64,000 nucleotides of DNA from contig JAMPBJ010000001.1 in assembly GCA_023666835.1 (NCBI GenBank), forward strand, positions 185,185-249,184, written 5' to 3'. A program made the position numbers and the translations under genes. This DNA is from Bacteroides sp. (GTDB lineage: Bacteria > Bacteroidota > Bacteroidia > Bacteroidales > Muribaculaceae). Positions 39,701-47,526 of the stretch are shown piece by piece. The notes under the pieces are model-generated. The model had not been told where the DNA came from. It made no database searches and was given only the letters and a program-made list of their open reading frames with translations. Position 1 is the stretch's first letter, and every line of letters begins with the position of its first letter.

Positions 39701-40281
39701 TGTGTGATGTTGCGGTAGTCGAAATGAGAGTCAAAATCGGCCAGCATGGCCGGAGTGAAAAGAAAAGGATTGCCCGGATTGGGAAAACGCACCACCCAAA
39801 GCGATGAGAGCACCGGGGCGGATTGGCCGGGAGCGAATAGGAGCAGCGTGTTGTCGGGCTGGTGCAATGCGACCGGTCGGCCGGCGCTTCCGCGGGCATA
39901 GGGATTGCGCTGGACACGGGCCTGCAGCGAGGTTGCATCGCCGATCACCACGGCTTGGCGGAGCCATCCTTCGAGGCCTACTGACACTATGCGGACCACG
40001 TCGGAAGGAAGCTCCACCAAAGCCGTGCCATCGGACATTGTCACCACCTCCACTTCATCGGCGATGTCGACAGCCGGCAATTGCTCTACGGGCGTTGAGG
40101 CCATATATTTGAAATACCACTGCTCGATGCGTAGCATCAACAGGCGATCAAGGTCGATGCCATAGTCCACCTCGACGCCCGAATCGGCAATCAGAGGTTC
40201 ATAGAGACCCAGGAGCCGGCAGCGCTCAAGAAGCTGCGCCGGCTCGAGGGATATTAAAGGTTGGAGGGTTCGTTGTGTCAT
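39697..40281 (-). CDS. Phage-derived protein (putative head-tail adaptor)
   Basis: ELPSDVVRIVSV..GW, QRNPYARG..RPV; translationally coupled (4-bp overlaps) to capsid and portal genes. Confidence 0.55.
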   Translation of the reverse strand: MTQRTLQPLISLEPAQLLERCRLLGLYEPLIADSGVEVDYGIDLDRLLMLRIEQWYFKYMASTPVEQLPAVDIADEVEVVTMSDGTALVELPSDVVRIVSVGLEGWLRQAVVIGDATSLQARVQRNPYARGSAGRPVALHQPDNTLLLFAPGQSAPVLSSLWVVRFPNPGNPFLFTPAMLADFDSHFDYRNITQ

Positions 40282-41555
40282 GCACCAATGATTCTGAAGT
40301 GGGTTTTGGGATGACGGAGCACAAGGCAGGAGGCCTCAGTGGCCACGATGGCCTGGGTGTTGCGCTGGCCCGAGTTCTTGAGGTCGAGGGTTTCGACGCG
40401 CATGGGCAGATGGCTGTACTTGGTCAGGTACTCGGGATCGATGATCATGCCGTCTTTTGAACGGCCACACTGGTCGAACACTTCGCTGTGGACCACATAG
40501 AGCGAACCGAATTTCGACTTGATTTCGTTGAAATCGATGCCCCAGCGAGTCACGCTGTCGCCGGCAAGAAGCACGCGGGTGGTCTCGAGAGCATTGAGTG
40601 CGAGCACCAGGTCGGAACCGGCCACGAGAATCTTGCGCGACGATCCGGCGGCCTCGCCCGTGAATGCCTGCTTCATGACTTCGAGCAGCTTGCGAGTGTC
40701 GATCTCTTCGAGAGTCAGATCGATTTCGCCTCCGGCCTGGTGCCAGATGCCCTCGGTGAAGAGCACTTCGTCGTATTTCTCAGGATCGCTCAGACGCAAG
40801 CGGCGACCGAAAATAAAGCTCTTCTCCATGCCCAGTCGCATGTCCATGATGGCCACTTCCTCCTGGTCGGCAAGGGTCCAGCCCACTTCCTTGGCCGCCT
40901 GGCGGGCAAGATTGCTCTGCTCGATCTGCACCTTGAATATCTGACAAAAGTTTTGCGATTTGGTGGGCAGTGCTTCAAATTGAGGTGTCTGCACGTCGAG
41001 TTCGGCAGCGGCTCGGCCCATGCGCACCACCTCCATATTGTTGCCAATGCCCGGAAGCATATTGGAGTCTACTTCTTCAGGATTCTGGTTGAGAGCCACC
41101 ACGCGCAGACCCGGATTGTAACCGGTGACCACTTCCTGCACATAGACAACCAGTGGTTCGCATGCCGATTTCGTTTTGCCCGCGTGCAGACCGGGGAACA
41201 TAAGAGTCTCTGTGGCAGCAAACAGGCGATCGTTGGCGGTGTGGATCATGAAGGGGCGAGGGAATTGATTTTCGGGTATGCCTTCGATATTTTCGGCGGT
41301 GCCTACGATGGTGGAGCTGATGGGTCGGGTGTCGACCGAGTAGTAGTCCACGACCATCGACGAAGCGGAGCGAGCCCCTATCATTCTCGATATCTGGTCG
41401 ATGGGAGTGGCCATGGGTCGGATTCTGACCACGCGGCTGTCGATCTCGTTGGTCAGCAGGTCGGGCGAGGCATCGCGTATGGCTGAAGTGGTCAGCGGGC
41501 CGTTGACCACGTGTTGGTTGTTGTTGTCGGTTTTGATGATTGTTGGTGTTTCCAT
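40278..41555 (-). CDS. Major capsid protein (DUF5309/SU10-like, HK97 fold inferred)
   Basis: RIRPMATPIDQISR, RMGRAAAELD, NFCQIFKVQIEQS, DMRLGMEKSFIFG, TEGIWHQAG, WGIDFNEIKSKFG, TEASCLVLRHPKTH. Confidence 0.78.
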   Translation of the reverse strand: METPTIIKTDNNNQHVVNGPLTTSAIRDASPDLLTNEIDSRVVRIRPMATPIDQISRMIGARSASSMVVDYYSVDTRPISSTIVGTAENIEGIPENQFPRPFMIHTANDRLFAATETLMFPGLHAGKTKSACEPLVVYVQEVVTGYNPGLRVVALNQNPEEVDSNMLPGIGNNMEVVRMGRAAAELDVQTPQFEALPTKSQNFCQIFKVQIEQSNLARQAAKEVGWTLADQEEVAIMDMRLGMEKSFIFGRRLRLSDPEKYDEVLFTEGIWHQAGGEIDLTLEEIDTRKLLEVMKQAFTGEAAGSSRKILVAGSDLVLALNALETTRVLLAGDSVTRWGIDFNEIKSKFGSLYVVHSEVFDQCGRSKDGMIIDPEYLTKYSHLPMRVETLDLKNSGQRNTQAIVATEASCLVLRHPKTHFRIIGA

Positions 41556-41582
41556 TTTTTAAGGTCTTTAAGGTTGTTAAAG

Positions 41583-41927
41583 TTAGTCCCAGATGCTTTT
41601 GGGTGGGGTGGAGAGGAAGCGCGAGCTCAGCGAATCGTCAACGGTCGTATTTTCGGGGCGCGCAGTGCGTTGGGCTCGACGACGGGCTAGATCCTCGTAG
41701 AGCTGAGGCGAGTCGAGTGCTCGCGAGAGAGTCTCGTTGATGCCGCGTTTGTAGCCTCGCATCTCGGCTTCTTCAAGCATTCGTTCGAGCTTGGCAAGCG
41801 CGTCGGCGTCGGCCGGTTGGGTTTCGGTCATCGGGGCTGGTTCCTGTTGTTGGGGAGTGTCGGGGGTGGATTCGGCTGCCACTTCGGCGTCGGTGGTTTC
41901 CACCTGAGGTTCAGTGATGTTTTCCAT
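41583..41927 (-). CDS. Putative capsid scaffold protein
   Basis: Acidic/Pro-rich N-terminus, coiled coil, EEAEMRGYKRGINE, ends KSIWD; immediately upstream of the capsid gene. Confidence 0.55.
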   Translation of the reverse strand: MENITEPQVETTDAEVAAESTPDTPQQQEPAPMTETQPADADALAKLERMLEEAEMRGYKRGINETLSRALDSPQLYEDLARRRAQRTARPENTTVDDSLSSRFLSTPPKSIWD

Positions 41928-41967
41928 AATGTTTAGTAAGATTGTGATTGCTGTCTGTATCGACGTT

Positions 41968-42006
41968 GCAAAGTTACGTCGTCGGCTGAGCGTTAGATCC
42001 CAAAAT
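41968..42006 (-). promoter_or_regulatory. Capsid operon promoter element ATTTTGGGATCTAACG...GTAACTTTGC
   Basis: -7 box TAACTTTG plus upstream block shared with the holin promoter at 13033-13071. Confidence 0.7.
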
Positions 42007-42066
42007 CGTAAGACACGATGAAATATTTTTGTAATTTTGTGGGAAAATCACACATTAAACTCACTT

Positions 42067-42789
42067 ATGATCGTCAAACTCACTGAAACAGACTCCACTA
42101 ACAATTATGCAAAAATCCACGCTGCCGAGCTTGATCACGGAGATGCCGTCAGTGCCCGATGGCAGAGCGCCGGACGCGGTCAGCGTGGCAACAGCTGGGA
42201 GTCGGAGCGCGATGCCAATGTGATGATGACCGTGGTGCTCGAGCCGGCGATGCCAGTCGACCACGCTTTCGGCATATCGGAGGCCGTGGCTCTGGCCGTG
42301 GCAACTACGGTGGCTGAATTGTTGCCGATGGCGATCAGTGAGGAAGTTAAGGTGAAATGGCCCAACGATATTTATGTTGGCGACCGCAAGATAGCCGGGA
42401 TATTGATAGAAAACGCCCTGTCGGCAACTACTGTGGCGCGCTCGATTGCCGGCATAGGGCTCAACGTCAACCAAAGCCGTTTCCTTTCCGATGCCCCCAA
42501 CCCGGTGTCGATCAAACAGCTGACCGGTGCGGACAACGATGTAGACCGCCTGACTGAACTGATAGCCCGCCGCATTGTGGAGCAGCTCGACCGCGACTAC
42601 AATCTGCGCCACGCCGACTATATGGCTCTGTTGTGGCGCAGAAATGGGATGCATCAATTCGTCGACACTGCCACAGACCAACGATTCGAGGCCGAAGTAG
42701 TGGCCGTAGCACCCTCGGGCCACATCACGCTCTCCACCTCCGACGGCCATCTCCGCCACTACGCCTTCAAGCAAATCGAATGGCTCTAA
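42067..42789 (+). CDS. birA: Biotin-protein ligase (no HTH)
   Basis: TDSTN, QSAGRGQRGNSW, KWPND, KIAGILIE, GIGLNVN. Confidence 0.95.
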   Translation: MIVKLTETDSTNNYAKIHAAELDHGDAVSARWQSAGRGQRGNSWESERDANVMMTVVLEPAMPVDHAFGISEAVALAVATTVAELLPMAISEEVKVKWPNDIYVGDRKIAGILIENALSATTVARSIAGIGLNVNQSRFLSDAPNPVSIKQLTGADNDVDRLTELIARRIVEQLDRDYNLRHADYMALLWRRNGMHQFVDTATDQRFEAEVVAVAPSGHITLSTSDGHLRHYAFKQIEWL

Positions 42790-43058
42790 CGCCGCCCCAT
42801 ACCACTTTTAGAGGCTCCCCTACCCGGTCAAAGTCGACCGTGTGTCGACTAATGCCACCCGCCCGCAGATGGCGTCCGCGAGGACGCGCCCAGGCGCCAC
42901 CCAAGTATATCACGCGGTCATAAACAATGCTGTCCACTTAATCGGCAGGTAGGCGTGTCGGCGAGGGCGATCGGCCGTTAATGCCCATATACGACTGATA
43001 CGATTTATATATTTTATAACTTATAGCTTCGATATCTTATAGCTCCGCTTATGCACAG

Positions 43059-43094
43059 CGAGGGCCGCTTCCCGGCATTGGGGAGCGGCCCTCG
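43059..43094. terminator. Strong stem-loop 3' of GH85-b / convergent birA
   Basis: cgagggccgcttccc / ggggagcggccctcg; near-identical to 47467-47500; only a short T tract on +. Confidence 0.65.
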
Positions 43095-43119
43095 ATTTTC
43101 AGTTATAATCGGGTTGGGA

Positions 43120-46100
43120 TTATTTGCGGATCACTTTGAGAGTGCGTACGGCTGTGCCGTCCTTCACTACTTTGACGATGTAGACACCTGCAGTGCCAAG
43201 AGCTACCGAGGCGTTCTGGCCTGCAGTGGCTTCGAGCAACTTCTTGCCTACGAGCACACCTGCGGTGTTGTAGACTTCGATGTCGTAGGCGCCATCGGCA
43301 GCGAATTCAACGAACAGAGCGTCGTCGATGGTGTAGGCGTCGAAGTCACCGCCATCGGTGGTGATATCCTCAATGCCCTGCACTCCTTCACCCACGCGAA
43401 CTACGGGATATTCCATGGTGGCTTCGCCGTGGCCGTTGGCGAGTTTGAGTTCTACGGTGTAGTCGCCGGGCTTGGTCCATGCGATGTCGGCAGAACCGGC
43501 TTCGCCGTTACCGTCGCCGTTGACGGAGGCACGGCGGGTTGTCCATGTCGGTTTGGTCACCACGGGGAATGCGGTGCCGGAGATGAACGGACAGCCCGTG
43601 AGGAACGTCGGTTCGCCATAGATGCGCTGGTTGTCGTTTTCGCCACCCGATCCGATGGTGTACCAGTAGGCCATCGGCGATTTGTTGGTGGCACTGGTGC
43701 CGGTGTAGCCGCGGAAGCCTTCTTTGCCGCCGGAGGTGACGGTCGATTCCTCGAAGTCCCAGTAGCCGAGCACGTCGGCGGGGAGATTGTTCTTGTCGAG
43801 ACCGTTCATCGATGCGAGCACTTCTTCGTCGGTCATGGCTTTGCCCCAAACCTGGAAGTCGTCGACACAACCCTTAACGGCCGAGATTTCCTGCGATGTG
43901 CCGCCGAATGCGATCCATGTGGCGTTGGTCACCTGATAATCATCGGCGCAAAAGTCGGGTTCGTAGGTGTTGGAGCCGTATTTGGCGCCCGACACGTGCG
44001 ATGCAACGTTGACAAGGTCGGACCATTGGCTGTTGGTGCCCCATTTGCCAACCTGGCCCTCATAGCTGCCTTTGTTGACGTAGGCCCACTGCGATACCAT
44101 CTGCTTCTTGCCGTTGATATAGAAGGCGCTGCGCATCTGGTTGGTACCGGTCTTGTATTCAAACGATACGACCACGTGAGTCCACGCGCCCACGTCGATC
44201 TTGGCATCGTCGTAGCGGTAGAAGAGGCGCTGGCCTTCAGTGCCGCCACCCATACGCATACCCCATGAGGTGTCGATCTTGTTGATCACGAAGCGACCTT
44301 CCTCGTTGATTCGGCTCCAGAAGAAGCCCCAGTTGTTAAAGGGCCATCCGCCGGTGATGCGGTCCTCTACGGTGATGAAGCTCGAGAGGCCTTCGGGAAG
44401 TTCGTTGTATTTAACCCATGCAGCAACTGAGAACGATTTGCGGCCTGTGATGCCGAGTTCGCCGCACGACACGCCGAACCAGCGTTCGTTCAGGTCAACG
44501 CCGCGCGATGCAGAGCCGTCGGCTTTGCGGCCGGTGTAGCTGAATGTCTTGCTGTCGTTGAGTTCGATCTGAACCATTTCGGTTCCTTCGGCGTTGTTGC
44601 CGTCGATCGAAAGCGAATAGATTTCGGGGAGAGCGCCCACAGCCTCGGAGGAGATGGACACGTAGCGGGGATATTCAAGTGTCTTGCCATTGGAGGTCAG
44701 AGTCAGGTTGAAGGCACCGATCGAGGGAAGACCGGGACATTCCACTGTCTGGCCTGAGCCGGTCCAGAGCACGGCGCCGGTTTCGGGATCGGAGATGGTC
44801 CATGTGCCGGTGGCGTGCATCGGGTCTACAAACGAGAGCTCGAATTTCTCGTTGGGCTTGATGATGGTCTTGTTGATAGTGATGTCTTCGATGGTGACAT
44901 ATGTGGGAAGCGATTCGTAGTCGCTCCAGGTGATATCGCTTTCATCCTTGGTGTCGAGCGACACGGCGCTGACGCCGAATCGCATCTGTTTTTCACCTGA
45001 TGCGTCGATCTTGGCTGCGTAAACGAGGCCGGCCCATGAGGTGGTGATGCCCATGTTCTGGGGCTCGCCGCCCTTCTGCTGAGCCCAGAGGCGGAACACT
45101 GAGGTGTTCACGTCGGAGTTGTAGCAGGGTTCGCCTTTGGCTTTGATCTTATAGCCGGGATTCATGTCCCAGATGAGCTTGGCGTCGACGCCCGAAGTGT
45201 TGTAGGCGAGCACCTTGGTGGTGGTCAGTGTGGGCTGGGCAGGTTTTTCGAAGACGCCATTCTTGTCGAGTTCAATTCCGCCGAGAAGCATTTCAAAGTC
45301 TTCAGCGTTGGTGAAGTGCAGACCGAGAGCGCCCACGATGTTGAGACGTCCGCCGGTGAGGGTCACCTCAGCCACGGTCCATCCGTCGGCACCTTCCACG
45401 TAGCTCTTGTCCTCAACGTCGGCGCAATCGGCTTTCTTGAGAATCGAGAACTTGAGGGCTGAAGCGCTGGTGTAGCCGTTGTTGGCCACGAGTTCCACGT
45501 CGGCCGAACCACCAAGCACTTTGTAGATCACGCGGGCTTTGGTAGCGCCGGAGCCGGTGGTGAAGTGGGTCTTGAACAGGTGGAGATATTCGTCGGAGCT
45601 GGTGCCGGAGATCTTCAGACACGAACCGCCCACGTAGGCGTCGTCCCAAGTGAAGGCGGCATCCATGTGCACGTCGGATTCGCTGATGGTGTTGGTGCGG
45701 CCGCCCATCCATGTGGGGGCAAACCAGAAGCGCCATGTGGGCAGGTAGTCCTGCACGCCGATGTTATACCAGCCGTTGTTGTGCATGCGTTCGCCTTTCC
45801 AGTTGAAGAACTGGCCGTTGCCCAGGTTGAAGTAGCTGTAGAAGGGCTCGGAGGCGAGATCCCAGTTGAGGGTCGATCGAGCCGACATCATGGCCGACAT
45901 ACCGGCCCAGTCGTCGGTCGGACGGTGGGTGCGGTTGAGCTTGATGGTCTTTTTGATGGCCGGGTTGCGCACTCCGTTGCCAAACCAGCGTTCAATCAGG
46001 TTCTGGTAGTTGGAGGCCTTGGCTACATCCGACGAGCCGTTGGAGGCGCGATCCTGCCAGTACATGTTCACCTGGTGGGCACCCCAGAGGCCGATGGAGT

Positions 46101-47073
46101 ATTTGTAGTTTTTGAGAAGGTCGTAGTTCGAGCCCGATTTGGGTTCGCCGCCCTGAGTGTTCATGCCGGCATAGATGTAGAAGGGGCTCTTGCCCATATT
46201 TTCGGCAGCCGTGATAGCCGACGTCATGTAGGAAGTGCTATTCCAGTTGTAGTTCTGGAAGGCGGAAGCGCCCTTGAAGATGCCGGTCTTGTTGCTTAGA
46301 CCGCTGTCCCATGCTATAGCACCGTTATCGGTGATACAGTTGTACCACATTACCTCCCAGAGGGGATCCTTGTCGGCCATGTAGGTGCCGAGATCGTTGT
46401 GGAGAGTGGTCAGGCCCATGCCTGTGGGGCTTTCGCCCGAAGTCCATTCGGAGTTGTAGCCCAGACCGTCCTGGCCGAAGTAGTAGAGGAATTTACCCAC
46501 CTTTTCGGCACCGAGCGATACGAGGCCCTGGAGGCAGCTCCTCCATTCACTCGACATCGAGGCGTTGGGGATACCGGCCACACCGTGGGTGCTGACGCCG
46601 TTTTTGTGGCATACGTCGGCAAACGCGCCGGGGGTCCAGCCGAAGGGGGCACTCCAGTCGCCGTAGTTGTCGACATACATCCACATCGAGAACACTTCGC
46701 CGTCCATCGTGCCGTCGGGCAGAGCGTTGAGTTTCACGCCGTCGCGCGAGTCATTGCTGATGGGCACCCAGAAAGCAAGACGCTTGTCAGTGCCGTTTTT
46801 GTTGTTTGTGGTCCATTGTGTCAAACCGGGATACACCTGCGTACCGGTGTCGTAGAAACGGGCTTTGGGCTTGACGCGCGAGATGAAGAAGTTCATGTCT
46901 TCCCAGATCTCGCCATTGACGGTCAGAGTGCCGTTGCCACCGTTCCACGCTGTGATGTAACTGTGGAGCTTCTGCGATTCGGGCCAGGATACGTAGCCTT
47001 CGCCAAGCTTTTGGGCCTGCGAAGCCACAGCCAGAGTCGAGAAAGCGACTGCAAGAAGTAGACTTTTTTTCAT
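43120..47073 (-). CDS. GH85 endo-beta-N-acetylglucosaminidase with LamG-like, PKD-like and T9SS CTD (paralog b)
   Basis: FSMWMYVD.YG.W, DVCHKNGV, DGLGYNSE (N-x-E), FNLGNG, WYNIGVQDYLPTW, AYVGGSCL; CTD YNTAG..GVYIVKV..KVIRK. Confidence 0.87.
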   Translation of the reverse strand: MKKSLLLAVAFSTLAVASQAQKLGEGYVSWPESQKLHSYITAWNGGNGTLTVNGEIWEDMNFFISRVKPKARFYDTGTQVYPGLTQWTTNNKNGTDKRLAFWVPISNDSRDGVKLNALPDGTMDGEVFSMWMYVDNYGDWSAPFGWTPGAFADVCHKNGVSTHGVAGIPNASMSSEWRSCLQGLVSLGAEKVGKFLYYFGQDGLGYNSEWTSGESPTGMGLTTLHNDLGTYMADKDPLWEVMWYNCITDNGAIAWDSGLSNKTGIFKGASAFQNYNWNSTSYMTSAITAAENMGKSPFYIYAGMNTQGGEPKSGSNYDLLKNYKYSIGLWGAHQVNMYWQDRASNGSSDVAKASNYQNLIERWFGNGVRNPAIKKTIKLNRTHRPTDDWAGMSAMMSARSTLNWDLASEPFYSYFNLGNGQFFNWKGERMHNNGWYNIGVQDYLPTWRFWFAPTWMGGRTNTISESDVHMDAAFTWDDAYVGGSCLKISGTSSDEYLHLFKTHFTTGSGATKARVIYKVLGGSADVELVANNGYTSASALKFSILKKADCADVEDKSYVEGADGWTVAEVTLTGGRLNIVGALGLHFTNAEDFEMLLGGIELDKNGVFEKPAQPTLTTTKVLAYNTSGVDAKLIWDMNPGYKIKAKGEPCYNSDVNTSVFRLWAQQKGGEPQNMGITTSWAGLVYAAKIDASGEKQMRFGVSAVSLDTKDESDITWSDYESLPTYVTIEDITINKTIIKPNEKFELSFVDPMHATGTWTISDPETGAVLWTGSGQTVECPGLPSIGAFNLTLTSNGKTLEYPRYVSISSEAVGALPEIYSLSIDGNNAEGTEMVQIELNDSKTFSYTGRKADGSASRGVDLNERWFGVSCGELGITGRKSFSVAAWVKYNELPEGLSSFITVEDRITGGWPFNNWGFFWSRINEEGRFVINKIDTSWGMRMGGGTEGQRLFYRYDDAKIDVGAWTHVVVSFEYKTGTNQMRSAFYINGKKQMVSQWAYVNKGSYEGQVGKWGTNSQWSDLVNVASHVSGAKYGSNTYEPDFCADDYQVTNATWIAFGGTSQEISAVKGCVDDFQVWGKAMTDEEVLASMNGLDKNNLPADVLGYWDFEESTVTSGGKEGFRGYTGTSATNKSPMAYWYTIGSGGENDNQRIYGEPTFLTGCPFISGTAFPVVTKPTWTTRRASVNGDGNGEAGSADIAWTKPGDYTVELKLANGHGEATMEYPVVRVGEGVQGIEDITTDGGDFDAYTIDDALFVEFAADGAYDIEVYNTAGVLVGKKLLEATAGQNASVALGTAGVYIVKVVKDGTAVRTLKVIRK

Positions 47074-47266
47074 TAGAGCTATTAAATTGGTTTAAGTATA
47101 AGCTTTAAGGTTAGATAATGATTGGTTGGCCGACCACGCAAAAATAAGTCGCGCAAAGGCACAACATGCAATTAACGCGTAAAGATAGCGATGATTAACT
47201 GATCTTGCAAATAATTTTGGCAATTTAACAACACAGCACCGCCGCCAAGGAATACAGCAGCAAGCA

Positions 47267-47388
47267 GGAGTGTCGGCGCCCTCGCCCGATACGCGTCCTA
47301 AAATGCCTTTATAAGATTTATACGATTTATAAATCATAGCCACCCAGGCCAGAGGCTGCCGCGTGTCGGCGGGGACGCCGACGCTCCC
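47267..47388. repeat. Inverted pair of REP-like GC-rich palindromes
   Basis: ggagtgtcggcgccctcgcccgatacgcg (47267-47295) is near the reverse complement of cgcgtgtcggcggggacgccgacgctccc (47360-47388). Confidence 0.55.
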
Positions 47389-47466
47389 ACTACTCGCCCC
47401 CGACTTTGACTCCTCTTTTTTATGATTTATATATCTTATACATCATAGTGCAGCGGCCGGAACGCG

Positions 47467-47500
47467 GCGAGGGCCGCTCCTTGTGGGGAGCGGCCCTCGC
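47467..47500. terminator. Strong stem-loop 3' of GH85-a
   Basis: gcgagggccgctcc / ggagcggccctcgc perfect 14-bp stem; no clear U tract. Confidence 0.6.
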
Positions 47501-47526
47501 TATGGTTGGGGTAATCAGCGCGGGGA

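Noticed and set aside
40278-41555. Encapsulin nanocompartment
   Set aside because: Coupled to a portal and a scaffold-like gene, with no cargo enzyme; encapsulin operons lack portals.
37307-41927. Complete inducible prophage or satellite (PICI-like)
   Set aside because: No integrase, primase/replicase, terminase, tail or att repeats seen; flanks are ordinary host genes.
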